In this document: piece after piece, positions 17,565-27,391 of the stretch | Numbering within the stretch: position 1 is the first letter of the stretch | Layout of the letters: each line of letters starts with the position of its first letter | Assembly: GCA_963664405.1 (NCBI GenBank) | Contig: OY761158.1 | Location: forward strand, 3,680,001-3,744,000 | From: Thermoanaerobaculia bacterium | Lineage (GTDB): Bacteria > Acidobacteriota > Thermoanaerobaculia > Multivoradales > Multivoraceae | Direction of reading: 5' to 3' | DNA: 64,000 nt | The notes under the pieces: generated by a model | Told to the model about the DNA's origin: nothing | What the model saw: only the letters and a program-made list of their open reading frames with translations | Database searches by the model: none | Program-made: the position numbers and the translations under genes

Positions 17565-18161
17565 ATGACGGAAGCGGGAGCCAGAGAACCGGCCAGCGGC
17601 CAGATTGAAGTGATCAGTGGTGGAATGTTCTCGGGCAAGAGCGAGGAGCTGCTTCGTCGCCTCCGACGAGCGGTGATCGCGCGGCAGAAGGTTCAGGCCT
17701 TCAAGCCAGCGGCCGACACTCGGCACGCCCCCCAGCGACTGATTACGCGTGACAATCGCGAAGTCTCCGCCATGTCGGTGGGTGACAGCACCGAGCTTGC
17801 GCGAGTTCTCGCGCCCGACGTTCAAGTGATAGGAATCGACGAGCCGCAGTTTTTCGACGAGGGGCTTATAACCCTCTCGTCCACCCTGGCCGATCAGGGC
17901 GTGAGGGTGATCATCGCTGGACTCGATCAGGACTTCCTGCGTCGACCCTTCGGACCGATGCCTGGCCTCTTGGCACTGGCCGAGTTCGTCGACAAGATGC
18001 ACGCGATCTGCGTGGTTTGTGGATCTCGTGCTCACTTTACCCAGCGCATTGCGGGCGGAGCCGAGCTGGTGCAGGTTGGCGACGACGACTACTACGAGGC
18101 TCGCTGCCGTACCTGCTATGAGCTTGGTCCGCGGCCGAAGGCGGCTAGCCTGCCGAGATGA
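17565..18161 (+). CDS. tdk: Thymidine kinase
   Basis: GGMFSGKS P-loop, IDEPQF, AGLDQDF, CVVC…YEARCRTC. Confidence 0.96.
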   Translation: MTEAGAREPASGQIEVISGGMFSGKSEELLRRLRRAVIARQKVQAFKPAADTRHAPQRLITRDNREVSAMSVGDSTELARVLAPDVQVIGIDEPQFFDEGLITLSSTLADQGVRVIIAGLDQDFLRRPFGPMPGLLALAEFVDKMHAICVVCGSRAHFTQRIAGGAELVQVGDDDYYEARCRTCYELGPRPKAASLPR

Positions 18162-18194
18162 TGCCTAGGACACGACGGCTATCGTGTCCTTCTT

Positions 18195-18362
18195 CTAGTG
18201 GACCGTAACACCCAAACGTTGAGCCCCTGAGCGGCCCTCGCGGCCGATCTCTGCGTTACGCTTCCTCGACATAGTCCCCGCTATGCCTGCGTCAGCGCGC
18301 CTTGATCTCGACCACGAATGACTCACTCAGCCACTAAACGTTCGAGTGTTACGGTCCACTAG
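18195..18362. repeat. CTAG-bounded long hairpin element, copy C
   Basis: 17-bp perfect terminal IR CTAGTGGACCGTAACAC; core CATAGTCCCCGCTATG; near-identical to copy A. Confidence 0.9.
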
Positions 18363-18366
18363 TTCC

Positions 18367-19026
18367 TTACCTTCGTTCTAGGCATGTCTTGGAGATACTC
18401 GCCGAGAGTGCAGCTCGGAGAGGGGCCACGTCAGTCGAGGTGCCGAGGTCGTGGCCAACGCCGGGGATCGCCTCAATTACTACGGCCTTTCCCCAATTCG
18501 ACGCGGCCCCGCGCAAGACCTTTTCCGGAGTCAGATCGTCGTTCTCGCCGAAAATGACTGCGGTCGGCGCCGACTCGAGCTGCCAGGAGGCAGCGTCGTA
18601 ATGAGAAATGGGGGGTGCCAATAGAAGATGAGCATGGATCTCGAGATCGGCGGCTTGCTGCGTGCCTGCCAAGGTTGCGGTTACCACCGCACCGAAGGAA
18701 TAGCCGGCGAGGCAGAGCGGCAGGCCGGGGTTGCGTCGACGCAGCTCCGACGCGCTGACCAGGAGGTCGAAGCGTTCTCCGTTGCCGCTGTCGTGGCTGC
18801 CGGAGCTGTGCCCGACACCGCGGAAATTGAAGCGAAGGGTGGCGGCTCCGGCAGCCAGCAAGGCGCGCTCGGTCTCGAGCACTACTCGGTTCTGCATGTT
18901 GCCACCATAGAGGGGGTGAGGGTGCGAGATGACGGCACACAGCCGCGGGTCACCGCGTGGCAGTGCGAGCTCGGCCTCGAGGTCGCCGGCAGGTCCGCTG
19001 AGGGCGATAGGGTTGTGAACCGCCAT
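18367..19026 (-). CDS. Alpha/beta hydrolase
   Basis: HPHPLYGG, RFNFRGVG, GYSFG nucleophile elbow, GHD. Confidence 0.88.
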   Translation of the reverse strand: MAVHNPIALSGPAGDLEAELALPRGDPRLCAVISHPHPLYGGNMQNRVVLETERALLAAGAATLRFNFRGVGHSSGSHDSGNGERFDLLVSASELRRRNPGLPLCLAGYSFGAVVTATLAGTQQAADLEIHAHLLLAPPISHYDAASWQLESAPTAVIFGENDDLTPEKVLRGAASNWGKAVVIEAIPGVGHDLGTSTDVAPLRAALSASISKTCLERR

Positions 19027-19535
19027 CAAGGAGCTGGAGAAGATCCCTCGATGAGGCGAAACGCCTTAGCCACGGCTTCCTTGGCGGACGCTGCCCGCGG
19101 GATCTCTCCGAGGCCTTGGCCGTCTGGTCCTTCAACGCTCCAGCTCTCGAGTAGAACCAGTGGGATCTGATACTTCATTGCCAGACCGATCTCCGAGAGA
19201 GTGCCCCATTCACCCCCAATGGCAATGACGGCGTTACTCGAGAGGACGATGACCTGGTTCCGCACCTGACCCATCCCGGTGTAAACGACGAAGTCCAGAT
19301 GAGGATTGGGTTTAGAGCTCTCCGGTCCGGTACCCGGAAAGATGCCGAGAGTCGTTCCGCCTGCTGTCTTGGCACCCGAGCAGGCGGCTTCCATGACGCC
19401 GGCGCCTCCGCCGCATACCAGCACGGCATCGAAGCGGGCCAGCTGCCGGCCGGCTTCGAAAGCGAGCTTGGTCGCCGCCTCTGAGCACCGCGTACCTCCG
19501 ACAATGCCGACTGTGCGGCGCCGTTGCTCGGTCAT
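19026..19535 (-). CDS. TIGR00725/LOG-family protein
   Basis: CGGGAGVMEAA, RNQVIV, GEWGTLSEI. Confidence 0.88.
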   Translation of the reverse strand: MTEQRRRTVGIVGGTRCSEAATKLAFEAGRQLARFDAVLVCGGGAGVMEAACSGAKTAGGTTLGIFPGTGPESSKPNPHLDFVVYTGMGQVRNQVIVLSSNAVIAIGGEWGTLSEIGLAMKYQIPLVLLESWSVEGPDGQGLGEIPRAASAKEAVAKAFRLIEGSSPAP

Positions 19536-19586
19536 CTGCGTGGTATCCTACCCCGTCCCGCCACTGGGAGAGACCCCCCTCAGGTA

Positions 19587-20186
19587 GTGCCTACGCCGCG
19601 GACAGACGAACCCCTCGTGCCTGCCAATCGTTCCGACGCAGATTTGGTCGCGCTCGTCGAGCAGCAGGACCAGGCCGCGCTGGCCCACCTCTATGAGAAA
19701 TTTTCCGGAGTTCTGTTGGCCCTGATCTCCGGGATTCTCGGCAGATCCGGAGATGCAGAGGAGGTGCTCCAAGAAGTGTTCATGCAAGCCTGGCGGCAGG
19801 CGGACCGCTACGACGCCTCGCGCTCCTCGGTGTCCAATTGGCTCTCTCTGATTGCGCGAAGCCGCGCCATCGATCGCCTACGAAGCCGGAACGTGATGCA
19901 GCGGACTGCAACGGCCGCCTACGCGGAAAAGCGCGATGACAATGCATCCCCTGAGGGCTCGCGGAACGTACTGTACTCGGAGAGAAGGACAAGGATTCGA
20001 GCCTCTCTCGCCGAGCTTCCGAAGGAGCAGGCCGAGGTTATCGAGCTGGCCTTCTTCAAAGGCATGACCCAGAGCGAGATTGCTGATTCGACCGGAATCC
20101 CGCTCGGAACCGTAAAGACTCGTACCTTGTTGGCAATGAAAAAGCTTCGTGTCGCACTACAATCCGAGCTGAGGGACCTCCTGTGA
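19587..20186 (+). CDS. ECF RNA polymerase sigma factor (SigK-like); start approximate
   Basis: AEEVLQEVF, WLSLIARSRAIDRLR, TQSEIA…IPLGTVKTR. Confidence 0.92.
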   Translation: MPTPRTDEPLVPANRSDADLVALVEQQDQAALAHLYEKFSGVLLALISGILGRSGDAEEVLQEVFMQAWRQADRYDASRSSVSNWLSLIARSRAIDRLRSRNVMQRTATAAYAEKRDDNASPEGSRNVLYSERRTRIRASLAELPKEQAEVIELAFFKGMTQSEIADSTGIPLGTVKTRTLLAMKKLRVALQSELRDLL

Positions 20187-21007
20187 GCGATCGAGAAGAC
20201 GCCATCCTGGAGCGAGTCCTGCGCCAGGTCGAGAACGGTGGTCTCGAGGACCCGACTCTGGATCTCGAAGTCGAGGATCGTGCTACCTGGCGTGAGCTCT
20301 CCGAGCTGGTGACTTTGCTGCCCTACGCCTTGGACCCGATCGAGCCAGATCCGGCGGTGAAGGCCTCGCTGATGTCACGCCTCGACGAGAACCGAGTCTC
20401 TGTCGATGAGCCTTCCGCAACTCTGCCCTTTCCAGCTCCAGCTCCCAACTCGATGCGCTCGTTGCAGTTTCTCGCGGCTGCTCTCGGCGTTCTTGCTCTC
20501 GGCCTCGCGCTTCTATCAGGATGGATGTTCCGCGGTAGCCAGCTCCGCGAAGACACGATCTCTCGTCTGAACGCCGCGCTGATTGCTAGTAGCCGGCAGC
20601 AGGTGGAGCTTGGCCCCACTTATGAGCAGCTGGGAGCCATGCGCTCGGTGGTGACATCTTCGGGCATGAGTATCTGCCCGCTTCGCCCGTGGGGCGACAG
20701 CCCGGCGCAGCCGATCGCCCGCGGCGTCATGTACTTTGATGGCGCTAAGCAAAGGTGGCTGTTGACGGCGCGAGGGCTAGAGCCTTGCGACAAGGGCTCC
20801 AAATATGCGCTGTGGTTCATGGTCGGCGAGAAGGCTGTGCGCGGAGGTAGTTTCGAGGTTGAACCGAACCTCGCGGTCACTCTTGGCGCCGATCAGATGC
20901 CCGAAGGCACCACGGCTGTTCTGCTCACCCTCGAGGCCGATGCCGACGCGCCGGAGCCCACCGGCCCCAGGATCCTCTTCGGCGACGAGACCGAAGAGAT
21001 GCTCTGA
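20183..21007 (+). CDS. Anti-sigma factor (RskA-like)
   Basis: Coupled to the sigma gene; single TM helix; C-terminal YALW…LTLE…EPTGP. Confidence 0.8.
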   Translation: MSDREDAILERVLRQVENGGLEDPTLDLEVEDRATWRELSELVTLLPYALDPIEPDPAVKASLMSRLDENRVSVDEPSATLPFPAPAPNSMRSLQFLAAALGVLALGLALLSGWMFRGSQLREDTISRLNAALIASSRQQVELGPTYEQLGAMRSVVTSSGMSICPLRPWGDSPAQPIARGVMYFDGAKQRWLLTARGLEPCDKGSKYALWFMVGEKAVRGGSFEVEPNLAVTLGADQMPEGTTAVLLTLEADADAPEPTGPRILFGDETEEML

Positions 21008-21181
21008 TCGATCCGGCGGGGGCTCGGATCACTTCCGAGGGCGGCGCGATAGACTGCTTCCTCTTGGGCGCTCGGTCTTCGCCGATCCTGCGGGTCGGAA
21101 TGTGGATCTTGTTCGAGTTGTTTCCATAAGTAACGGGTTCTCGGCGAAGAGCGAACCGAGAAGCTTTTGAAAGGTGTGTCG

Positions 21182-21874
21182 ATGTTCTATTTCGATCCGA
21201 TCTACTTCGTCGTCTTGGCGCCGGCCATGTTGTTCTCTCTTTGGGCCAGCTACCGAACCAAATCGGCGTTCACCAAGTACTCCAAGGTCCGTGCTACGAG
21301 CGGCCTGACCGGTGCCGAGGCGGCTCGGCGACTCCTCGCCTCGGCTGGCATAAACGATGTCGAGATCGTGCGCACCGCTGGAACGCTTTCGGATCACTAC
21401 AACCCCGCCACCAAGAAGCTGGCCCTTTCAGATTCCGTTTACAGCCAGCCCTCGATTGCGGCGATCGGCGTTGCCTGCCACGAGGCGGGGCATGCCATTC
21501 AGCACGCGAAACACTATGCCCCGCTGTGGGCTCGCTCAGTGCTCGTCCCTAGTGCCGGCATCGGCTCCAAGCTGGGCTATATCGTCATGTTTCTCGGCCT
21601 GATTCTCCAGATCACGCCGCTCTTTTTGGTGGGCGTCGGTCTCTTCTCGCTGGTTCTCCTCTTCCAGCTGGTGACTCTTCCGGTGGAATTCGACGCTTCG
21701 GCACGAGCCAAGAGCCTCGCTTTTTCACAGGGGCTGATCCTCGAGAACGAGCGCGCTGGCGTGGCGAAGGTGCTCAACGCGGCGGCCCTCACCTACGTCG
21801 CCGCGGTGGTGACCTCGCTGCTGACCCTTCTCTACTACCTGATGCGGTCTGGGCTCCTCGGCGGCCGCCGATAA
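21182..21874 (+). CDS. Membrane zinc metallopeptidase (YugP/Zn_peptidase_2 family)
   Basis: LSDHYNP, CHEAGHAIQH, TLPVEFDAS, AAALTYVA. Confidence 0.92.
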   Translation: MFYFDPIYFVVLAPAMLFSLWASYRTKSAFTKYSKVRATSGLTGAEAARRLLASAGINDVEIVRTAGTLSDHYNPATKKLALSDSVYSQPSIAAIGVACHEAGHAIQHAKHYAPLWARSVLVPSAGIGSKLGYIVMFLGLILQITPLFLVGVGLFSLVLLFQLVTLPVEFDASARAKSLAFSQGLILENERAGVAKVLNAAALTYVAAVVTSLLTLLYYLMRSGLLGGRR

Positions 21875-22038
21875 GGTGCCGTGTCTCCGACATGGCTTAC
21901 CAATATCTCGGCCCCTTTTGCCCGCTGCCGTCGTCGCGACTCGTCGACATATTCCCAATATGCCTGCCTCGTCGCTCCTTGACAGCGAACAAAATGACCT
22001 CGAGCTCTTGGCAAGCCATGTCGGAGACACGGCACTAG
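21873..22038. repeat. Long hairpin element, copy D (left CTAG degenerate)
   Basis: 23-bp perfect IR GTGCCGTGTCTCCGACATGGCTT (21876-21898 / 22013-22035); core CATATTCCCAATATG; ends in CTAG. Confidence 0.88.
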
Positions 22039-22061
22039 CGCCTGCCGTTCAGGGCACCCCA

Positions 22062-23411
22062 CTAGACGGGCTCCCCTAGCAGGCCGACTAGAAGCTCTTG
22101 CTTCTCGGCAAGCAGTGTCTTCGTGGTCGCCTCGGCGACCAGACGCAGGAGTGGTTCTGTGTTCGACGGCCGGACATTGAACCACCAGTCCGGGTACTCC
22201 ACCGTGATGCCGTCTACGTAGTCGATGCGTCCGTCGGCGAAACGCTCGCTGAGCTCGGTGATAGCGCCACTCTTGTCTTCAACTTCGAAGTTGATCTCTG
22301 GAGTTTTGGCGTAACGCAGGAGTGGAGCGACGATCTTCGACATCGCTATCCCGCGTCGGCGTAGAAGGTTGAGCACCTCGAATACGGCCATCAGGGCACA
22401 GTCGGCGTTGAAGTTATCGCGGAAGTAGTAGTGGCCCGCCAACTCTCCGCCGAAGATTCCCTCGTGCTTTCGAAGCGTTGCTTTGATGAAAGAGTGCCCA
22501 ACCCGCTCCCGCACCGGTATGCCGCCGCACTCGGCGATGTACTCAGCCACGGCTCTCGAGGAGCGTAGATCGTAGATGACAGCCTTGCCCGGCTCCCGGG
22601 CGAGGAGTTCGCCGGCGATCAGGGCGGTTGCCAGATCACTGCCGATCGGCTCGCCTTTCTCGTCAACGAAGGCGGCGCGATCCGCGTCGCCGTCGAAGGC
22701 AACTCCCAGATCGGCTCCGGTCTCTCTGACTCTTGAACAGAGGTCGGCCAGGTTCTCCAACTTGAGCGGGTTCGCCTCGTGATTGGGAAAACTTCCGTCG
22801 AGATCGAAGTACAGTAAGTCGAGATCGACGCCGGTCTGCTCGAGGAGCGACCGATAGATACACCCCATGCCATTGGCCGCGTCGACGACGATCTTCAATC
22901 GTCGAGCCGTTGGAAGCTCCTCGAGGAAGCCGAGCAGATGCTGGGAATAGGCACCGGAGATGTCAGTGCTGCGGAGCTCGCCGTTCTCCGACCCAGCACG
23001 TTGCGGTGGAGCCTCCACCAACCCCTCCAGGCGCAGGATTCCGTTGTCGCCGGATACAGGGCGCGCATTCTCGAGGCTGAACTTGAATCCGTTGTAGCGA
23101 GGGGGGTTGTGGCTTGCAGTGACCTGAATGCCGCCGCTGGCGCCGAGGTGGCCGACCGCGAAGTAGTTCATCGGTGTGGTCACGAGGCCGATGTCGACAA
23201 CGTCGACGCCTCGGGAACGAATTCCCTTGATCAGTGCGGATTGCAAGGGCTCGCTATGCTGCCGCATGTCGCGACCTACGACGATCGGTGCGGTGCGGCC
23301 ACCCTTGTCGAGAATGTCCGGGAAGGCCACTCCGACCGCTTCAGCCGTCGCCTCGTCGATCTCTTCGGGGTAGATCCCGCGGACATCGTAAGCCTTGAAG
23401 ATTCCGGCCAT
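22062..23411 (-). CDS. Phosphomannomutase/phosphoglucomutase
   Basis: FKAYDVRG, TASHNP, FDGDADR, GELAGH, RPSNTEP. Confidence 0.95.
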   Translation of the reverse strand: MAGIFKAYDVRGIYPEEIDEATAEAVGVAFPDILDKGGRTAPIVVGRDMRQHSEPLQSALIKGIRSRGVDVVDIGLVTTPMNYFAVGHLGASGGIQVTASHNPPRYNGFKFSLENARPVSGDNGILRLEGLVEAPPQRAGSENGELRSTDISGAYSQHLLGFLEELPTARRLKIVVDAANGMGCIYRSLLEQTGVDLDLLYFDLDGSFPNHEANPLKLENLADLCSRVRETGADLGVAFDGDADRAAFVDEKGEPIGSDLATALIAGELLAREPGKAVIYDLRSSRAVAEYIAECGGIPVRERVGHSFIKATLRKHEGIFGGELAGHYYFRDNFNADCALMAVFEVLNLLRRRGIAMSKIVAPLLRYAKTPEINFEVEDKSGAITELSERFADGRIDYVDGITVEYPDWWFNVRPSNTEPLLRLVAEATTKTLLAEKQELLVGLLGEPV

Positions 23412-23632
23412 TCTCAGACCCTTTCTAGCTGGAAGGAGCGCTTGCGATCATGAGGGGCAGGTACGAGCGCGGAGATCGCCGAAGCAGGGATGCGGAGCAT
23501 AGCAAAGGCACCTGAAGGCGCCCAGGGGGTAGGCCTTTTCCAGCGTTCCTTTTTTGGCTTATACTCCCCCAACTCTCCTCCGGGAGACGCGGAAACAGGC
23601 TCCACCGAGGGGCCAGTAGGAATACCCCTGAG

Positions 23633-24100
23633 ATGGGCCGTGAGCTGGTTATTATCTGGGCGGGTCGGCATCGCAGGGATCGATTTGGCGAGTCGATCAA
23701 GGACTATCAGCGGAGAATCCGAGGCCACGTGCCGATCACTGATCGATGGATCAAGTCTCGCAGGTCCGGCGACGATGAACGGAGAAAGAAAGACGAGGGA
23801 GAAGCGCTCCTTGCGGCCTTGCCTGCTACGAGCTGGGTGGTGGCTATGGACGGAGGCGGGCGCGCGCTCACTTCGAGAGGCTTCTCCGATCACCTCGAGA
23901 GCCTCCAGGAGCGGTGGCCCCATGCCGTGGTATTCGCTCTCGGTTCGGACCTTGGATTGGATCCGTTGGTGTTGGAGCGTGCGAACGAGGTACTTTCTCT
24001 CGGCCCGATGACATTGGCTCACGAGTTGGCACGGTTGGTTCTGTACGAGCAGATTTATCGGGCAATGGCAATTAGGAGCAGCATCAACTACCACCGCTAG
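23633..24100 (+). CDS. rlmH: 23S rRNA m3Psi1915 methyltransferase
   Basis: SLGPMTLAHELARLVLYEQIYRA…YHR SPOUT signature. Confidence 0.93.
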   Translation: MGRELVIIWAGRHRRDRFGESIKDYQRRIRGHVPITDRWIKSRRSGDDERRKKDEGEALLAALPATSWVVAMDGGGRALTSRGFSDHLESLQERWPHAVVFALGSDLGLDPLVLERANEVLSLGPMTLAHELARLVLYEQIYRAMAIRSSINYHR

Positions 24101-24131
24101 TCGCGGTGGTTCAAACGCGGGGAAAAGCGCG

Positions 24132-24800
24132 ATGGCGAAGACCAAGAGGGCAGCTACGAAATCGCGGGGCAAGGTCGCGGAAAAGGGCAGAGCGGGCGCC
24201 GCGAAGAAGGCCACGGCCAAGAAGGCCACGGCCAAGAAGACAGCATCGAAGAGGGCGGCATCGAAGAAGGCAGCGCCGAAGAAGGCAGCGCCAAAGAAGG
24301 CAGCGCCAAAGAAAACGGCCTCTAATAGAGTGGTTGTGAAGAAGGTCAGTGGAAAGCCGGCTGCGAAGAAGGCTTCGGCTCGCAAGACGGCTCGCAAGAC
24401 GGCTCGCAAGACGTCCAAGAAGGCGACAGGCCAGGGCGGCAGAAAGCCGTCGGGGCTCGCGAAAGTTCTCGAGGCGAAGCTTAGTGAGCAGCGTGACGAG
24501 ATTTTGAACCTCTACCGGCGCGATTTGGGTCTCGGCGTCGAGGTCAATCACGAGGGCGACGACGAGATTGATCGGGCTAACTTCGACTCCAATCGAGATC
24601 TTGCCCTTGCGCTTTCCAGCGGTGAGCGCGAGACGTTGTTGCAGATCGAGGAGGCGTTGACGAGAATCGAGCACGATATCTACGGCGAGTGTGTTTTCTG
24701 CACCAAGCCCGTAGGGGATGAGCGGCTACGCGTCATACCGTGGGCTCGCCACTGTGTCTCGTGCCAGGAGCTTGAGGAGAAGGGTCTCTTAGAGCAATGA
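24132..24800 (+). CDS. dksA: DksA/TraR zinc-finger protein with histone H1-like Lys/Ala-rich N-terminus
   Basis: AKKAT/PKKAA/ARKT repeats; DEIDRA coiled-coil tip; CVFC…RL..IPWARHCVSC. Confidence 0.8.
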   Translation: MAKTKRAATKSRGKVAEKGRAGAAKKATAKKATAKKTASKRAASKKAAPKKAAPKKAAPKKTASNRVVVKKVSGKPAAKKASARKTARKTARKTSKKATGQGGRKPSGLAKVLEAKLSEQRDEILNLYRRDLGLGVEVNHEGDDEIDRANFDSNRDLALALSSGERETLLQIEEALTRIEHDIYGECVFCTKPVGDERLRVIPWARHCVSCQELEEKGLLEQ

Positions 24801-26248
24801 CGCAGGCCTCTACCGAGAGCGATCTAGTCGGACGCGTCCGGGAAGGCGAGGCCCGCCACCTTTACTTGATCTCCGGAGAGCCGGTGCTGTCGGAGGCGGC
24901 GGGCCGGCGTCTCGGAGAGGCGCTGGCGGCTGCCGCAAGAGCGGAGCTGCATGTGCATCGGCGGCCAACCGATTTGGTGGAGATCTTGAGCGATCTGCGC
25001 ACCTTCTCGATGTTCGAATCCGCCAAGGTCACGCTGGTCGTCGAGAGCGGAGTCCTTTCGGATCAGAAAGCGGCCGCCTACCTTCTTGATCAGGCGGCCG
25101 AGGGATTGCCGATCGAGCCGGATGAGCCTCTCGTAGGTGGCTCGCGCCAGGCGGCCGGTCGCCTTTTGCAGGTTTGTAGGCTGTTCCATCTCGATCCCGC
25201 TGGTAAGCCGCCGCCACTCGTTCTCGAGGATCTACCCGCTTGGGTATTCGAAGGCGGTGCGGCGCCGGGTGCCAAAGGTCGCCGAAAGCGGCGAACGAAG
25301 TCCGCGGCGAACGAGCTCAAGGATCAGCTGGCGACGCTGCTGACCGCGGCAGGGGAGCAGGGCCTGGAAGGGTGGGCTGAGAGCGACGCTACGGATCTCG
25401 CCGTCGTCGCGGAGGAGGGCTTGCCGGCTGGGCATGCCTTGGTTCTCTGCGAGGCTGCGGCATCGCCTAGCCACCCTGTAGTGGAGCGCCTACAGCGAGA
25501 CGGTGCTTATCTCGAGTTGGCGCACCTGGAGGCCGACAGGCGCGGTAGATGGCAGGGGCTCCGGCAGATTGCCGAAGAGATGGAGCGAGCTACTTCGTGC
25601 AGGATCGCGCAGGACGCGCTCAACGAGTTGGCGCGGCGCACTCTGCGACATCGATCGCGGCGGGGCGCCGAGGGTATCGACCCGGACTCGAGTGCTCGCT
25701 TCGCTGCCGAGTATCGCAAGCTGGCTTCGATCACTGAGGGGCGAACGATCGAGGTCGATCTGGTGCGGACAGAAGTAGAGGATCGAGGCGAGGAGGACAT
25801 ATGGGCGCTCCTCGACGCGATCGGTGCGGGTCGCAGCGGAGAGGCCCTAGATCGCCTCCGCCGCCTTCAGGCGTCGGCCGATGACCCAGTCGCTACCCGT
25901 CTCGCGTTCTTCACTCAGTTGGCGCTGTTCTGTCGCACCCTGGTTGCCGTCTCCGGCATGATGGAAGTGACGGGCGTACCCGCCGGGGAGCGTAGTTACA
26001 ATCGCTTCAAGGACCGCTATGCCTCGAAGTTACAAGGGGCCTTGCCGGGGAGCGAGTTTGAGCCGATCGGGGCGCTTCACCCGTTCCGTCTGCATCGGGC
26101 CTACTTGTCGGCCGGCAGAATGTCTCGTCAAGCTCTGGCTGGGCTCCCGGCCTTGGTGCTCGATACCGAAATGAGATTGAAAGGGGAGAGCACCGACCCC
26201 GAGGCCGCCCTGAGCGGCTTCGTCGCCTGGCTCGCCAAGGGTGCCTGA
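24797..26248 (+). CDS. holA: DNA polymerase III delta subunit-like protein
   Basis: LYLISGE, TFSMF..AKVTLV, EYRKL, IWALLDAI, MRLKG; longer than typical. Confidence 0.6.
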   Translation: MTQASTESDLVGRVREGEARHLYLISGEPVLSEAAGRRLGEALAAAARAELHVHRRPTDLVEILSDLRTFSMFESAKVTLVVESGVLSDQKAAAYLLDQAAEGLPIEPDEPLVGGSRQAAGRLLQVCRLFHLDPAGKPPPLVLEDLPAWVFEGGAAPGAKGRRKRRTKSAANELKDQLATLLTAAGEQGLEGWAESDATDLAVVAEEGLPAGHALVLCEAAASPSHPVVERLQRDGAYLELAHLEADRRGRWQGLRQIAEEMERATSCRIAQDALNELARRTLRHRSRRGAEGIDPDSSARFAAEYRKLASITEGRTIEVDLVRTEVEDRGEEDIWALLDAIGAGRSGEALDRLRRLQASADDPVATRLAFFTQLALFCRTLVAVSGMMEVTGVPAGERSYNRFKDRYASKLQGALPGSEFEPIGALHPFRLHRAYLSAGRMSRQALAGLPALVLDTEMRLKGESTDPEAALSGFVAWLAKGA

Positions 26249-27065
26249 GCTTCCCGAAGTCGAGGTGCTGGCTCGCTCGCTGGCGCCTCACCTCATAGGG
26301 GACTCTATTGACCTCATCGAGGTATACAACCCGGCTCTTCGTGAGCAGGTGGATACGGCAAACCTAAAGCGCTGCGTTGAAGGTCGTCGGGTTCTCACCG
26401 TCGAGCGGCGTGCGAAGTACCTGCTGGTCGGCGTCCAGGGCGACCAGACTCTGGTGGTACACCTGGGCATGAGCGGCCGCCTCACTCTGGCTGCCGCGGG
26501 CACGGCAAGGGAGCCCCATGAGCACGCAGCCTTCTATTTGTCCTCGGGACGAAAGTTGCGTTTTCGCGATCCGCGGCGCTTCGGCCTGCTGCTCGGTCTG
26601 CCTACCGGGAGTCTTCCCCTCGATCGGCACTTTTGCCACCTAGGGCAAGAGCCTGTCGACGAGTCCTTCTCCGCGGTTACGTTGGTAGATGCGGCACGGG
26701 GCCGCAGAGTAGCCGTGAAGTCCTTCCTGATGGACGCCAAGGTGGTGGTCGGCGTAGGCAACATTTACGCCTGCGAGACTCTATTCCGAGCCGGCGTTCA
26801 TCCTTTACGCTCGGTGGCGAGAATCTCGCTGAAGCGATGGGAGAGGATCGCGGGATCTCTGGTAGAGGTGATCCGGGCTGCGATCGACGAGGGTGGAACG
26901 ACTCTGAACGACTTCGTCGACGGTTCGGGGGACCCTGGCTACTTCCAGGTCTCCCTCTCGGTCTACGGTCGCGAAGGTCAGCCTTGCCCGCGGTGCGCCA
27001 CCGCGGTCAGAAGGAGAGTGCAGCAGGGGCGCAGCACTTTCTACTGCGCTCGCTGTCAGACTTGA
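26241..27065 (+). CDS. mutM: Formamidopyrimidine-DNA glycosylase
   Basis: MPELPEVE, HLGMSG, DPRRFG, GVGNIY, C-terminal zinc finger. Confidence 0.97.
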   Translation: MPELPEVEVLARSLAPHLIGDSIDLIEVYNPALREQVDTANLKRCVEGRRVLTVERRAKYLLVGVQGDQTLVVHLGMSGRLTLAAAGTAREPHEHAAFYLSSGRKLRFRDPRRFGLLLGLPTGSLPLDRHFCHLGQEPVDESFSAVTLVDAARGRRVAVKSFLMDAKVVVGVGNIYACETLFRAGVHPLRSVARISLKRWERIAGSLVEVIRAAIDEGGTTLNDFVDGSGDPGYFQVSLSVYGREGQPCPRCATAVRRRVQQGRSTFYCARCQT

Positions 27066-27074
27066 GGAGCTCTA

Positions 27075-27332
27075 TCAGGAGCCGCCGCCACGCGGCTGTC
27101 TCGGCCGGGCTTCGTTGACGGTCAGATCGCGGCCTCCGAAGGAGGAGGCATTCAGAGCGGAGATCGCGCTCTCCCCACCGTCGCCCATCTCGACAAAACC
27201 GAAGCCCCTGAGCCGTCCGGTCTCTCGGTCGGTGATCAAGCTCACCGATTCCACTTGACCGTAATCGGCGAACAAAGCTCGCACCTCGTCTTCGGTGGCG
27301 GTGAAAGGTAGGTTGCCGACGTAGATTCTCAT
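27075..27332 (-). CDS. RRM RNA-binding protein
   Basis: IYVGNL (RNP2), RGFGFVEM (RNP1), VNEARPR. Confidence 0.94.
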   Translation of the reverse strand: MRIYVGNLPFTATEDEVRALFADYGQVESVSLITDRETGRLRGFGFVEMGDGGESAISALNASSFGGRDLTVNEARPRQPRGGGS

Positions 27333-27391
27333 TGGGTCTCCTTTCTTCCGCTGGGCGCTGCGCTCATTGTCTCAGCCGGCGCCTGTTTCAG

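Noticed and set aside
23414-24418. Minus-strand ORF with AAFF repeats
   Set aside because: Antisense of the Lys/Ala repeats of the dksA-like gene
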